64,000 nt of DNA. It comes from Deltaproteobacteria bacterium (GTDB taxonomy: Bacteria > Myxococcota_A > Polyangia > Polyangiales > Houyiibacteriaceae). Below the pieces are notes generated by a model that was not told the origin of the DNA, did no database searches, and saw only the letters and a program-made list of their open reading frames with translations. Location of the stretch: assembly GCA_004283055.1 (NCBI GenBank), contig SHLP01000008.1:668-64667 (forward strand), in the 5' to 3' direction. The translations under genes were made by a program, and so were the position numbers. Within the stretch, counting starts at the first letter, position 1. The number at the start of each line of letters is the position of its first letter. This document shows positions 27,591-37,300 of the stretch, piece after piece.

Positions 27591-27981
27591 AGAGCGATGA
27601 CGCTGTGCTGGACAGGTTTACGAGTCGAATACGAATCGGACCTTTCGCGGTGGTTGGATCGACCCGCCTTCCCCCCTGCAAGACCTCGGCTTTCCCTGCT
27701 GCGACCAGGCGTCGCGCCGCCTGCCTAGCGGGCTCGATGAGAGCTCGCCAGCGCTTCTGATCGACGCGCCGAGCGGCTTCACTCGGGCAGATCGTCTTGC
27801 CTCGACGCTCCATCAGAAGCGAGACAATCGAATCTTCGAGCGCCTGATCGAGCGCCGTCACACGGTCCCGTCGGCACCGTGCGCTGCAGAATCGGACTTG
27901 GTCCCAGCACTTCGACCACTTGGCGCGCCAGGTAAACCGCCGCCCACACTTCGCGCAGATTTTCGTCGGTGTTGACGCCAT
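27574..27981 (-). CDS. DUF2256 zinc-ribbon / DUF3253 fusion protein
   Basis: The N-terminus, KICAKCGRRFTWRAKWSKCWDQVRFCSARCR, matches the DUF2256 pattern. The remainder (CPSEAARRV...WRALIEPARQAARRLVAAGKAEVLQGGRRVDPTTAKGPIRIRL) matches the DUF3253 pattern. Confidence 0.75.
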   Translation of the reverse strand: MASTPTKICAKCGRRFTWRAKWSKCWDQVRFCSARCRRDRVTALDQALEDSIVSLLMERRGKTICPSEAARRVDQKRWRALIEPARQAARRLVAAGKAEVLQGGRRVDPTTAKGPIRIRLVNLSSTASSLSTPAT

Positions 27982-28022
27982 CCCCCACCTCTCTAGGAAC
28001 TGTCAGGAGGATCGTCGAGCAG

Positions 28023-29522
28023 ATGCATGTGGTCTGGTTCAAGCGCGACTTGCGGATTCGCGACCATCGACCTCTTGCCGAGGCGGCTGCACGAGGCAGG
28101 GTTTTATGCCTTTACGTCTACGAGCCGGAGCTCTTTGCTACGCCCGAGCTCGGCGCCCTTCAGCTCGGTTTCATCAACGAGTCGATCCTCGAGCTACGAG
28201 AGAGTCTTCGCGAGCTCGGAGGCGAATTGACTCTGCGCGTTGGCAGGATGCCCGAGGTGCTCGAGGAGCTTCACCGCGAGCATCCAATCAGCGCGATTCA
28301 TAGTCACCGAGAAACCGGCAATCGCGTCACATTCGACCGCGACCTTCGCGTTGCGGACTGGGCCAGGCACCACGGCATTCAGTGGCACGAGTGGAACCAG
28401 TTCGGAGTGATTCGAAAGCTGGGAACGCGAGATGGATGGGCGGCTCGTTGGGCTCGCTTCATGTCGAAGCCGACGATCAAAACTCCAGGCGTCATCGCTG
28501 CACCCACCGGCATTCGAGCTGGCGAGCCCCGTGGCTTCGCGGAGCTCGGGCTCACGCCGGCATCGCAGCACGAGGTGCAGCATGGTGGAGAGACTCGTGC
28601 CCACGAAACGCTCGGATCGTTCCTCCGCGAGCGCGGCGCCGGCTACCGGCACGAGATGTCGAGCCCTGTTCACGCGTGGCAGTCCTGCAGTCGGCTCAGC
28701 CCTCACCTCGCCTGGGGCAACATCTCTCTCAAGACGATCTTCCAAGAGACCAAAGCGCGCTCGGTGGAGGTCAAGGCCTTGCGAAAGGCGAAAGCGGACA
28801 TCGATCGGCGCTGGCTTCAGTCGCTCAGCTCGTTTCAGTCTCGGCTTCGGTGGCACTGTCATTTCATGCAGAAGCTCGAAGACGAGCCCGAGCTCGAGTT
28901 CCATGCGCTCAACCGTGCGCTGGACGGCTTGCGCGCCGACGACTTCCGCGAGGACTACTTCGAAGCGTGGGCAACCGGGCGCACGGGCTACCCGCTGGTC
29001 GATGCGTGCATGCGCGGACTTCTCGAAACCGGTTGGATGAACTTCCGAATGCGCGCCATGCTCATGTCTTTTGCGAGCTACCATCTGTGGTTGCCCTGGA
29101 GGCCAACGGCGCTTCACCTGGCGGCGAATTTTCTCGACTTCGAGCCAGGGATTCATTTCAGCCAGGCACAGATGCAGTCCGGCGTGACCGGCATCAACGC
29201 CGTGCGAATCTACTCGCCGATTAAGCAGGTCGCCGATCAAGATCCAGAAGGCGCTTTCATCAAGCGATTCGTGCCCGAGCTGGAGGCTGTCCCGCCCGAG
29301 CACATTGCGGAGCCCCACCGAATGCCACGCTCTGTTCAGCAGGAGCTGGGATGCGTGATCGGGAAGCACTATCCCGCGCCTATCGTCGAGCACGGGCCCG
29401 CTTACTCCCAGGCTCGTGCCCGCATCTACGCGGCCCGTCGAAGCCCAGAGGTTCGCGCCGCCTCCGAGCAGGTCTACGCCAAGCATGGGAGCCGCAGGCG
29501 GCCCAACCGCCGCCCTAACTAG
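28023..29522 (+). CDS. cryptochrome/photolyase family (CPF) flavoprotein, subclass undetermined
   Basis: The photolyase N-terminus is MHVVWFKRDLRIRDHRPL. The FAD-binding domain blocks are SRLSPHLAWGNIS, TGYPLVDACMRGLLETGWMNFRMRAM and GINAVRIYSPIKQ. The ATG at 28023 is preferred because the track start at 27969 would overlap the divergent gene. Confidence 0.85.
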   Translation: MHVVWFKRDLRIRDHRPLAEAAARGRVLCLYVYEPELFATPELGALQLGFINESILELRESLRELGGELTLRVGRMPEVLEELHREHPISAIHSHRETGNRVTFDRDLRVADWARHHGIQWHEWNQFGVIRKLGTRDGWAARWARFMSKPTIKTPGVIAAPTGIRAGEPRGFAELGLTPASQHEVQHGGETRAHETLGSFLRERGAGYRHEMSSPVHAWQSCSRLSPHLAWGNISLKTIFQETKARSVEVKALRKAKADIDRRWLQSLSSFQSRLRWHCHFMQKLEDEPELEFHALNRALDGLRADDFREDYFEAWATGRTGYPLVDACMRGLLETGWMNFRMRAMLMSFASYHLWLPWRPTALHLAANFLDFEPGIHFSQAQMQSGVTGINAVRIYSPIKQVADQDPEGAFIKRFVPELEAVPPEHIAEPHRMPRSVQQELGCVIGKHYPAPIVEHGPAYSQARARIYAARRSPEVRAASEQVYAKHGSRRRPNRRPN

Positions 29523-31408
29523 CCTGAGTCCGCTTCCCTGCGCAACGACTCGGCGTCCCAGCCCAGGTCCTTGAAGTCGTCTGGTCGAGTCAGGTCCTGC
29601 TGCATCGTCTCTTCCAGGAATCGAATGTGTTCCCGCGCGGCGCTGAGGTACTGGCCGCGATCGTGTCGAAGCGCAGCGAGCTCCCGGAGCGATACCTCGT
29701 CGTGGCGCCGAAACTTCTGCGCGGCTCGGTGAGCGTGATGCGCGCGGACGCCGAGCGCTCGCAGTGCGGCCACCCCCATCTGAAGAGAGGTCTCGAAGGT
29801 CTCGCGATAGACGTGTGGGACTCCAGCCTCCAAGAGCTCGTAGGCCTCTACCCGTCCCCTGGCTCTTGCAAGAATCGTCAGGTGCGGAAAGTGCTTCTGG
29901 ATGGTTTCGATGAGGCTGAGGGCGCGCGCATGGTCGTCGATCGCGACGAGGATCACCTCGGCTTTGTCGGCGCCGGCCGAGCGGAGCAGATCCAGCCGCG
30001 AAGCGTCGCCGTAGTAGACCTCGAGCCCCAAGTTGCGGAGCAGATCGACGTGATCGGAGTCGAACTCGAGGACGGTGGTTCCGATTCCGTTGGCCCGAAG
30101 CAATCGTCCAACGATGCCTCCTACGCGACCGAACCCTGCGATGATGACGGGCTTGGACTCTTCCATCGCGTCCGGCTCTCGCTCACGCTGCTCCCGCGTT
30201 CCGAACCGAGGCTGAAGGAGCTTGTCGTTCAAGAGCATCAGGACCGGGGTTGCGGCCATCGAGACGGCTACGGCGGCGACCAGCGTTTGCGTCGTCTCCG
30301 AATCGATCACCCCTTGTTGGGCGGCAAACGAAAAGAGTACGAACGCGAACTCCCCGCCCTGCGCGAGCGAAAAGGCAAACAGGAGGTTTTGATCGAAACT
30401 CATGCCGTAGAACCGTCCGAGAGCGACGAGCACTGCGAACTTGATGACGATCAGCGCACCAACCAGAGCGACGACGCGGGCCGGGTCGCTGAGGATCAGC
30501 CCGAAGTCGACCGAAGCCCCTACCGCGATGAAAAACACGCCGAGGAGCAACGCCTTGAAGGGAGCAACGTCGGCTTCCAGCTCATGCCTATACTCGCTGT
30601 CCGCGAGCACGACGCCAGCGAGGAAGGTGCCGAGCGCGGGGCTCAGTCCCACCTGCGCCATCAGCAGCGCGATCCCGATCACGAGCAGTAGAGCGGCCGC
30701 CGTGAAGATCTCGCTCTGCCTCGTCCTGGCGATGAATCGAAACACGGGGCGCATCAGATATCGGCCCCCGACGAAAATGCCCGCGACCGCGCCCAAGACC
30801 GCGAGGGTCTGCCCCCAGGCCGGGAGGCCGTCCACCCACGACGAGGAGTGGTCTGCCTGCTCGCCGAGCTGTGAGCCCGCCTCCGGGCCAAGCGCGAGCA
30901 GGGGAAGGATCGCCAGCATGGGGATCACGGCAATGTCTTGAAACAAGAGTACGGAAAACGCGCTCTGACCGCCGTCCGAATTGACCAGGCCTTTCTCGGC
31001 GAGTGTTTGAAGCACGATCGCGGTCGACGAGAGCGCGAGGATCATCCCGATCGCAAGCGCCGTGTTCCAAGTGTAGCCCGCGGCCATGGAGAGCGCAGTG
31101 AGGAGCGCGGCGGTGACTCCCAGCTGCAAGCCACCCAGTCCAACGATGGGCCCGCGCATGCGCCACAGCAAAGACGGCCGGAGCTCGAGGCCAATGAGAA
31201 AAAGCATCATCACGACGCCGAACTCGGCGAAGTGCATCACGTCCTTGCCCTCGGCGCCGATGAGACCCAGCCCAAACGGACCGATCGCCATGCCGGCTAG
31301 GAGGTACCCTAGAACTGAGCCCAGTCCGAGCCGCTTCGCGATCGGCACGGCAACGACCGCTGCGCCGAGATAGACGAACGCTTGAAAGAAGAAACCTTGC
31401 CCGTGCAT
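29519..31408 (-). CDS. KefB/KefC-type glutathione-regulated K+ efflux antiporter (CPA2) with a C-terminal RCK/TrkA-N domain
   Basis: 629 aa. About 13 TM segments resemble the Kef N-terminus (FFFQAFVYLGAAVVAVPIAKRLGLGSVLGYLLAGMAIGP), followed by the Rossmann-like IIAGFGRVGGIVGRLL. Confidence 0.85.
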   Translation of the reverse strand: MHGQGFFFQAFVYLGAAVVAVPIAKRLGLGSVLGYLLAGMAIGPFGLGLIGAEGKDVMHFAEFGVVMMLFLIGLELRPSLLWRMRGPIVGLGGLQLGVTAALLTALSMAAGYTWNTALAIGMILALSSTAIVLQTLAEKGLVNSDGGQSAFSVLLFQDIAVIPMLAILPLLALGPEAGSQLGEQADHSSSWVDGLPAWGQTLAVLGAVAGIFVGGRYLMRPVFRFIARTRQSEIFTAAALLLVIGIALLMAQVGLSPALGTFLAGVVLADSEYRHELEADVAPFKALLLGVFFIAVGASVDFGLILSDPARVVALVGALIVIKFAVLVALGRFYGMSFDQNLLFAFSLAQGGEFAFVLFSFAAQQGVIDSETTQTLVAAVAVSMAATPVLMLLNDKLLQPRFGTREQREREPDAMEESKPVIIAGFGRVGGIVGRLLRANGIGTTVLEFDSDHVDLLRNLGLEVYYGDASRLDLLRSAGADKAEVILVAIDDHARALSLIETIQKHFPHLTILARARGRVEAYELLEAGVPHVYRETFETSLQMGVAALRALGVRAHHAHRAAQKFRRHDEVSLRELAALRHDRGQYLSAAREHIRFLEETMQQDLTRPDDFKDLGWDAESLRREADSG

Positions 31409-31417
31409 CGGTTGAGC

Positions 31418-32047
31418 TCAACCCTTCATGACGTCGTCGACCGCGCTTTCGGGGCCCAGTTGCTGGTGTGAGGAGAGAGGGTCTAGCGCACCATCTCGGA
31501 CTGTCTCGATTCTGCGGCGATAACTCACCGCATGCGCACGTATAGCCTCCGCATGCATGTCGAGGGTTCCGTAGACGACGAAGGGGGACAGATAGTCCAT
31601 TCCGCACAGCCTTGCCGTCTGCTCGATCGGGCGGAGGAGTTGGGAGACGGTGAAGCGGTTGTGTCCGCCAGGCTGGTACGCGCTTTTGCCGCCGCCGGTG
31701 GTGATCGCGCTCATCATCCACTTGCCATGGAGCGCATCGCCTCCACTGCCGTAGGCCCATCCATGCGTGAGAACGAGATCTTCCCACTGCTTGATGAGCG
31801 CCGGTGTGCTGTACCAGTAAAACGGATGGTGCAAGACGATGACATCGTGCTCGAGGAGGAGCTGCTGCTCCGTTGCGACGTCAATGTCGAAGTCCGGATA
31901 CTCCTCATACAGGTCGTGGACGGTGACGCCGTCAATTCCCTCGAGGCCGCGAATCAAGACACGGTTGACACGAGAGGTCTCGAGAGCCGGGTGCGCGAAG
32001 AGTACGAGGACACGGCGACGGCCACCCATGGACTCTAAACCTGACAC
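31418..32047 (-). CDS. KefF/KefG-type flavodoxin-like NAD(P)H oxidoreductase (Kef ancillary protein)
   Basis: VLVLFAHPALETSRVNRVL...HDLYEEYPDFDIDV..EQ.LL..HDVIVLHHPFYWYSTPALIKQWED closely matches the KefF/KefG family. The gene ends 9 nt upstream of the antiporter gene. Confidence 0.8.
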   Translation of the reverse strand: MSGLESMGGRRRVLVLFAHPALETSRVNRVLIRGLEGIDGVTVHDLYEEYPDFDIDVATEQQLLLEHDVIVLHHPFYWYSTPALIKQWEDLVLTHGWAYGSGGDALHGKWMMSAITTGGGKSAYQPGGHNRFTVSQLLRPIEQTARLCGMDYLSPFVVYGTLDMHAEAIRAHAVSYRRRIETVRDGALDPLSSHQQLGPESAVDDVMKG

Positions 32048-32093
32048 TCTGCGACGTTAATCCGGATGTCGCGTCGGGTCCATCGCGCCGGCC

Positions 32094-32414
32094 CTAGTCC
32101 AGGATCAGCTTGATCAGCGCGTTGAGGGTCTGATGACCTTCCACGGCGTGGCGAAGGGGAAGGGCGCCGTTGACCTCGTACGTGTTGCGGCGCCCTTCGC
32201 GTGTGCGCGAGACGTATCCGGCGGCCTCGAGCTCGGAGACGATGCGCTGCACGGCGCGCTCGGTGATTCCAACCTTCTCGGCGACGTCGCGCATGCGTGC
32301 CTCGGGGTCTTGAACCAAGCAGAGCAGGACATGCGAGTGGTTCGTCAGAAATGTCCACGCGGCCTCGGGCGCCCGATCCTTGGTTTTCGTCTTCGCCACT
32401 CGGAAACCCTTCAT
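32094..32414 (-). CDS. small winged-helix transcriptional regulator (106 aa), paralogue of 44275..44574
   Basis: AAWTFLTNHSHVLLCLVQDPEARMRDVAEKVGITERAVQRIVSELEAAGYVSRTREGRRNTYEV is an HTH followed by a wing. First gene of the kefG-kefC-type operon. Confidence 0.7.
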   Translation of the reverse strand: MKGFRVAKTKTKDRAPEAAWTFLTNHSHVLLCLVQDPEARMRDVAEKVGITERAVQRIVSELEAAGYVSRTREGRRNTYEVNGALPLRHAVEGHQTLNALIKLILD

Positions 32415-32424
32415 TCGGACGATA

Positions 32425-32434
32425 CACGATCGTG
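32425..32434. promoter_or_regulatory. perfect 10-bp palindrome CACGATCGTG, 11 nt upstream of the wHTH regulator start
   Basis: Read directly from the sequence. It lies at the edge of an AT-enriched 140-nt divergent intergenic region (regulator / purE). The operator role is inference. Confidence 0.3.
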
Positions 32435-32556
32435 ATTTCCTGAGTCAAATCGCGTGCTAATCGTCGGTCCGCGAAAAAAATCTCACAAAAGGACTTGCGT
32501 AGGGCTGAATTGACGATAAATGATACGCGAAATCCACTTCATGAATAAAGAAGCGC

Positions 32557-33066
32557 ATGATGAGTCCTTCCACCAACAAACCCCTTGAACCAGCTCAGGT
32601 CGCCGTGATCATGGGGAGCAAAAGCGATTGGCCGACGATGAAGCACGCCGCGGAGGTTTTGGAGCAGCTCCAAATCCCGCACGAAAGCAAGGTGGTCTCG
32701 GCGCACAGGACGCCCGACCTCCTCTTTCGTTTCTGCGAGCAAGCCGAGGAGCGGGGTATCGAGGTGATCATTGCGGGAGCGGGGGGAGCGGCGCACCTGC
32801 CGGGCATGGCGGCATCCAAGACCTTGCTCCCGGTTCTGGGCGTTCCGGTTCGGAGCAGCTCGCTCAACGGAATCGATTCCCTTCTGTCCATCGTTCAGAT
32901 GCCCAAAGGGGTGCCCGTGGGGACCCTTGCCATCGGCGACGCGGGCGCTGCGAACGCCGCACTGCTCGCAGCGGCGATGCTTGCACGCGGCGATGACGCA
33001 CTTCGGATCCGGCTCGACGCGTTTCGGTCGGCGCAGGTTGCAAAAGTTTTGGAGGCAGAGCTATGA
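32557..33066 (+). CDS. purE: N5-carboxyaminoimidazole ribonucleotide mutase
   Basis: [21 protein letters not shown]...VVSAHRTPD...[28 protein letters not shown] is the canonical PurE sequence. Confidence 0.92.
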   Translation: MMSPSTNKPLEPAQVAVIMGSKSDWPTMKHAAEVLEQLQIPHESKVVSAHRTPDLLFRFCEQAEERGIEVIIAGAGGAAHLPGMAASKTLLPVLGVPVRSSSLNGIDSLLSIVQMPKGVPVGTLAIGDAGAANAALLAAAMLARGDDALRIRLDAFRSAQVAKVLEAEL

Positions 33067-34346
33067 GCACGCATCACCTACCCGGGGCTACCGTTGGAAT
33101 CATCGGTGGCGGTCAACTCGCACGCATGATGGCTCTCGAGGCGAGACGAATGGGCTACCGGGTGAGCGTCCTGGCTCCGCGGGCCGACGACCCCGCGGTC
33201 CCGCTCGCAGACCTCTGGATTCCGGGTCAACTCGACGACGTCGAGGCGGCGCAACGGCTCGCAGAGTCGGCTGACGTGGTGACGGTCGACTCCGAGCACG
33301 TTCCTGCGTCGCTGCTCTCCGACATCGAGCGCCTGCGACCGGTTCGCCCGTCGGCCGCGGTCCTCCGCACGATTCAAGATCGGGGCGAGCAGAGACGCTT
33401 CCTCGAGCGTATCAGCGCGCCGCAGCCTCGCTGTGTCGCCGTAGACTCCGTTGCGGAGCTTGCAGAAGCCGCGAACACGGTCGGTTTCCCCTGTGTGCTC
33501 AAGAGCCGTCACGCCGGCTACGACGGGAAAGGCCAGGCTGTCATCCGAAGCGCCGATCAGCTGGAAGCGAGCTGGGAGAAGGTGGGTCGCGCTCCGTCCA
33601 TGCTCGAGGAATTCGTCCCATTCGACGCGGAAATCTCGGTGCTGCTCGCCCGAGCCCCAAACGGGGAAATGCGTTTCTACCCGGCCGCGTACAACGTTCA
33701 TCGCCGTCACGTCCTCCACGCGACGATGGCCCCTGCACCCATTGAGCGGTCCGTCGAGCAGGACGCGAGGGAGATCGCGCGGTCGATCGCGGAGGAGCTC
33801 GACCATGTAGGCATGTTGGCGGTCGAGATGTTTCTCGTGGGCTCGAAGCTCCTCGTCAACGAGGTTGCGCCACGGCCGCACAACAGCGGCCACTACACCT
33901 TCGGAGCCTGCGCGACCTCGCAGTTCGAGCAGCACGTTCGAGCCGTGCTCGGCCTCCCGCTCGGCGACCCCTCTCTCTCGCGCCCGGCCGTCATGCTCAA
34001 CTTGTTTGGCGACCTCTGGCGCGACGGTAACCCCGATTGGATGCCGGTCCTTTCACGGCCGGAAGCACGGCTTCACCTTTACGGGAAGACCGAGCCGCGG
34101 CCGGGCCGAAAGATGGGTCACGTGCTCCTGCTCGACGATGACCCGCATCGTGCGCTTCAGAACGGCGAAGCCATGTTGGATTCGCTGGCGGCAGACCGGT
34201 CGAGAAACCAATGGAGCTCGCCGACGGGCTCGAAGCGAGCCGCAGGCACTCGGCTTTCGCCGATCTGCATAGCGCTCAAGATCGGGGCTTTCTCGCGGCC
34301 TGCCACGAGAAAAGCGGCTCGACGGCAGCTCTCGAGCACTGGGTAG
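33063..34346 (+). CDS. purK: N5-carboxyaminoimidazole ribonucleotide synthase (ATP-grasp)
   Basis: ATGA overlap with pur[16 protein letters not shown]..., the ATP-grasp core and GRKMGHV near the C-terminus. About 45 extra C-terminal residues overlap the convergent pgl gene, so the true 3' end is uncertain. Confidence 0.88.
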   Translation: MSTHHLPGATVGIIGGGQLARMMALEARRMGYRVSVLAPRADDPAVPLADLWIPGQLDDVEAAQRLAESADVVTVDSEHVPASLLSDIERLRPVRPSAAVLRTIQDRGEQRRFLERISAPQPRCVAVDSVAELAEAANTVGFPCVLKSRHAGYDGKGQAVIRSADQLEASWEKVGRAPSMLEEFVPFDAEISVLLARAPNGEMRFYPAAYNVHRRHVLHATMAPAPIERSVEQDAREIARSIAEELDHVGMLAVEMFLVGSKLLVNEVAPRPHNSGHYTFGACATSQFEQHVRAVLGLPLGDPSLSRPAVMLNLFGDLWRDGNPDWMPVLSRPEARLHLYGKTEPRPGRKMGHVLLLDDDPHRALQNGEAMLDSLAADRSRNQWSSPTGSKRAAGTRLSPICIALKIGAFSRPATRKAARRQLSSTG

Positions 34347-34900
34347 GTCATTGTGATGCGAACCTCGGGCCGACCGTGGGGCACCGCAACGACCCAGCGC
34401 TCGCGCTCCTCCAGGGCGGGCTGGTCAGGCAACAGGGATGCGATGTGACCGTCCGCCCCGAGGCCGAGCAGGTTGATGTCGAACAGGGGCTTTGCGGGGT
34501 GCAACACCGATCCGCCATAGGCTTCCTGCAGCGTCCTCTCGTAGCGCAACGCAGCTTCCTCTGGAGCTCCGTCGACCGGAACCGGAAACACATTCTGTGC
34601 TGGCACCGGAGCTTTTGCCAGCATCGCCTCGACGGTCATTCGGTAGTTGCTGTCCGGGTCGTCGTGGGGGACGAAGCGTTCATCGCCCCAGTACCAAAAG
34701 ACGCGGTTCCATGGGAAACGAGGTCGGAGCTCGGAGGACGCCAGAAGCCCGTAGAGCGTTTTGGGCGTTGAACCGCCGGAGAGTGCGACCCGAAATGGAC
34801 CCTCCGACGCAAGCGCCAGGTTCGTCATCCACTCGGCGACGTGGCGTGCCAGGGCTCGACGATCATCTAGGATTTCAACTCGTCCCTTTAGTCCGCTCAC
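34157..34900 (-). CDS. pgl: 6-phosphogluconolactonase
   Basis: [16 protein letters not shown]...[25 protein letters not shown]...[15 protein letters not shown] are the family signatures. 4-nt overlap with the upstream gnd. Confidence 0.85.
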   Translation of the reverse strand: MSGLKGRVEILDDRRALARHVAEWMTNLALASEGPFRVALSGGSTPKTLYGLLASSELRPRFPWNRVFWYWGDERFVPHDDPDSNYRMTVEAMLAKAPVPAQNVFPVPVDGAPEEAALRYERTLQEAYGGSVLHPAKPLFDINLLGLGADGHIASLLPDQPALEERERWVVAVPHGRPEVRITMTYPVLESCRRAAFLVAGREKAPILSAMQIGESRVPAARFEPVGELHWFLDRSAASESNMASPF

Positions 34901-35919
34901 TTCGCCGGCTTTTCGAGATGCCCGCCGAACTGGTGCCGCATGGCGGAAAGAATCTTGTCCGCAAAATCCGCTTCGCCACGGGAGCTGAACCGCTCATACA
35001 GGGCCGAGGACAGCACGTGTGCCGGCACCGCTTCATCGATGGCGGCTTTGATCGTCCACCGCCCCTCGCCGGAGTCGGAAACGCGCCCTTCGAACGCGGA
35101 GAGCGAAGGATCTTCGATCAGCGCGGCCGCCGTGAGATCGAGGAGCCATGAGGCGATGACACTGCCGCGTCGCCATAGCTCGGCGATGTCGGGAAGATCG
35201 AAGTCGTATTGATAGTGCTCGGGGTCGCGGAGGGGGGTGGTTTCGGCGTCGACGGCTCCCGTCTTCTTGCCGATGTCGGCCGCTTTGAGCACCGCCATCC
35301 CTTCGGCATATGCGGCCATCACGCCGTACTCGATTCCGTTGTGCACCATCTTGACGAAGTGGCCGGCGCCGCTCGGCCCGCAGTGCAAATAGCCCTGCTC
35401 GCTCGTGCCTTGGGACCCGTCCCGTCCCGGGGTGCGCGGGATGTCGCCGCGGCCCGGAGCCAGCGTGGTGAAGATCGGATCCAAATGCTCCACCGTCTTC
35501 CTCTCACCGCCGATCATCATGCAGTAGCCCCGCTCGAGCCCCCAGACGCCACCGCTGGTGCCGACATCCACGTAGTGAATGCGGCGGGGACCGAGCTCTT
35601 TTGCCCGGCGGATGTCATCGATGTAATAGCTGTTGCCGCCGTCGATGATGATATCGCCTTGCTCCAGATGAGGAACCAGAGCGGCAATCGTCTCGTCGAC
35701 CACGCCAGCCGGAACCATCAACCAGACCGACCTCGGTTTCGTCAGCTTCTTCGCAAGATCTTCCAGGGACGAAGCGCCGATAGCGCTCTCAGTGACCAGC
35801 TCTGCAACCGCCTCCACGGAGACGTCGTAGGCCACGCACTCATGACCGCCCCTCAGCAGACGACGCACCATGTTCGCTCCCATACGGCCAAGGCCGATCA
35901 TTCCGAGTTGCATGCGCAA
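34897..35919 (-). CDS. gnd: 6-phosphogluconate dehydrogenase, decarboxylating (short, about 340-aa form)
   Basis: [20 protein letters not shown]...[13 protein letters not shown] and [19 protein letters not shown] are the characteristic blocks. Confidence 0.88.
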   Translation of the reverse strand: MRMQLGMIGLGRMGANMVRRLLRGGHECVAYDVSVEAVAELVTESAIGASSLEDLAKKLTKPRSVWLMVPAGVVDETIAALVPHLEQGDIIIDGGNSYYIDDIRRAKELGPRRIHYVDVGTSGGVWGLERGYCMMIGGERKTVEHLDPIFTTLAPGRGDIPRTPGRDGSQGTSEQGYLHCGPSGAGHFVKMVHNGIEYGVMAAYAEGMAVLKAADIGKKTGAVDAETTPLRDPEHYQYDFDLPDIAELWRRGSVIASWLLDLTAAALIEDPSLSAFEGRVSDSGEGRWTIKAAIDEAVPAHVLSSALYERFSSRGEADFADKILSAMRHQFGGHLEKPAK

Positions 35920-35959
35920 GTGCTCCCTCCTGGAGGCAAGATACCGCCGGACCCGAGCG

Positions 35960-37117
35960 TTAGTCGAGCGCCGACCTTTCGCGATCGAGCAGTTGGCGTT
36001 TTCTCTCTATTCCCCATCGGTAGCCGCTCAGCTCACCGTCGCTGCGGAGCACGCGGTGGCAGGGGATGATGACCGCGACGGGGTTGGCCGCGCAGGCGCC
36101 GGCGACGGCTCTTGCGGAATTGGGCTGCCCGATGCGCACCGCGATCTCTTTGTACGATGCGGTCTGTCCAGCCGGCAAGCCACGCACGGTCTGCCACACC
36201 AGCTCCTGAAACGCGGTGCCTCGGACATCCAGCGGAAGCGCGAAAAGCTCGGAACCCGCGTCCACATAATCCACGGTCTGCTCCACCCAGCGTTCGAAGT
36301 CCGAGCCGAGCTCTGCCAATGCGAACGCCGCCTTAGGAAATCGACGTTTCAGATCCTCGATGAGCGCGTCGCGCGTCGCACCGAATAGCACTGCGCAAAT
36401 ACCACGGTCGGTTGCTGCGACCACCACGAGGCCCAGAGAGGAATCGCCGAACGCGTATCGAATCTCGACGTCCTGCCCACCTTTTCGTAGACGGGTCGCC
36501 GTCATCCCGTGCCTGCCCTTGCTCGCTTCGTAGAACCGGCTGGATGTGCCGTACCCCGAATCGTAGATCGCCGCTGTGACGTCCTTGCTCGTTTCCAAGT
36601 TCACCGCGGCCACCCTGGCCCGGTGGGCCATTGCATATTGCTTCGGGGTGACTCCGACGATTCGCTTGAACACCCTGCTGAAGTGGAAGGGGCTCGAGCC
36701 GACGGCCTTTGCCAACTCACCGAGCGTTGGCTCCTTTTCCGCACCTTCGATCAGCCGGCACGCCTCGACGATCCGCTCCCGCTGCCGCTCATGCGGCGGC
36801 GTCGACTCGGGCGCGCAGCGCTTGCAGGCCCGGAAGCCAGCTCGCCTGGCGTCCGCGGGTGATTCGTAGAATGAGACGTTCTTTCGTAGAGGAGTCCGTG
36901 CGCCGCAGGAGGGCCGGCAGAAGACCCCAGTCGTGCAAACCGCGTATACGAAGGCGCCGTCCTCGCGGGCAGTCCGTTCCGACACCGCTTGCCAGCGGTA
37001 GTCGTCGAGGTCTACGGTCGATCGTGTCGATGGACGGGGCACCGGGTCGAAGTGTCGCACGAGAGGCCTTCCTGCTGCTGAGGCATTCCCAGTAAACGTT
37101 CCTGGGAGCGAGGTCAT
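35960..37117 (-). CDS. ada: bifunctional Ada: methylphosphotriester-DNA methyltransferase / AraC-type regulator / O6-methylguanine-DNA methyltransferase
   Basis: The Ada zinc domain is [19 protein letters not shown]...FRACKRCAP, followed by an AraC HTH. The C-terminal MGMT active site is IIPCHRV. The internal ATG at complement(37115-37117) is preferred because the track start at 37294 would cross the glgB promoter region. Confidence 0.85.
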   Translation of the reverse strand: MTSLPGTFTGNASAAGRPLVRHFDPVPRPSTRSTVDLDDYRWQAVSERTAREDGAFVYAVCTTGVFCRPSCGARTPLRKNVSFYESPADARRAGFRACKRCAPESTPPHERQRERIVEACRLIEGAEKEPTLGELAKAVGSSPFHFSRVFKRIVGVTPKQYAMAHRARVAAVNLETSKDVTAAIYDSGYGTSSRFYEASKGRHGMTATRLRKGGQDVEIRYAFGDSSLGLVVVAATDRGICAVLFGATRDALIEDLKRRFPKAAFALAELGSDFERWVEQTVDYVDAGSELFALPLDVRGTAFQELVWQTVRGLPAGQTASYKEIAVRIGQPNSARAVAGACAANPVAVIIPCHRVLRSDGELSGYRWGIERKRQLLDRERSALD

Positions 37118-37300
37118 CCCGATTCTTGCGGCCGAAATCGAAGGAGGCGGCCAATGCGTCCACCGCCCATGTGTTCGGAATCGAGTTGCAGTGCTCGGGA
37201 ACTTGGCCCAGCACTTGACGGTCCGTCGTATGAAAGGGAAACCTCCTCCAGCCCTCCACGGTTTCGCAATCGTGGAGCCTTTCCTCTCGAGCAAGAGACC

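Noticed and set aside
32435-32556. Possible purine/ZTP-type riboswitch in the AT-enriched leader upstream of purE.
   Set aside because: None of the conserved cores I remember is present: no CCGCCTGGGC-type ZTP pseudoknot element and no purine-riboswitch junction sequences. The region more likely holds ordinary divergent promoters.
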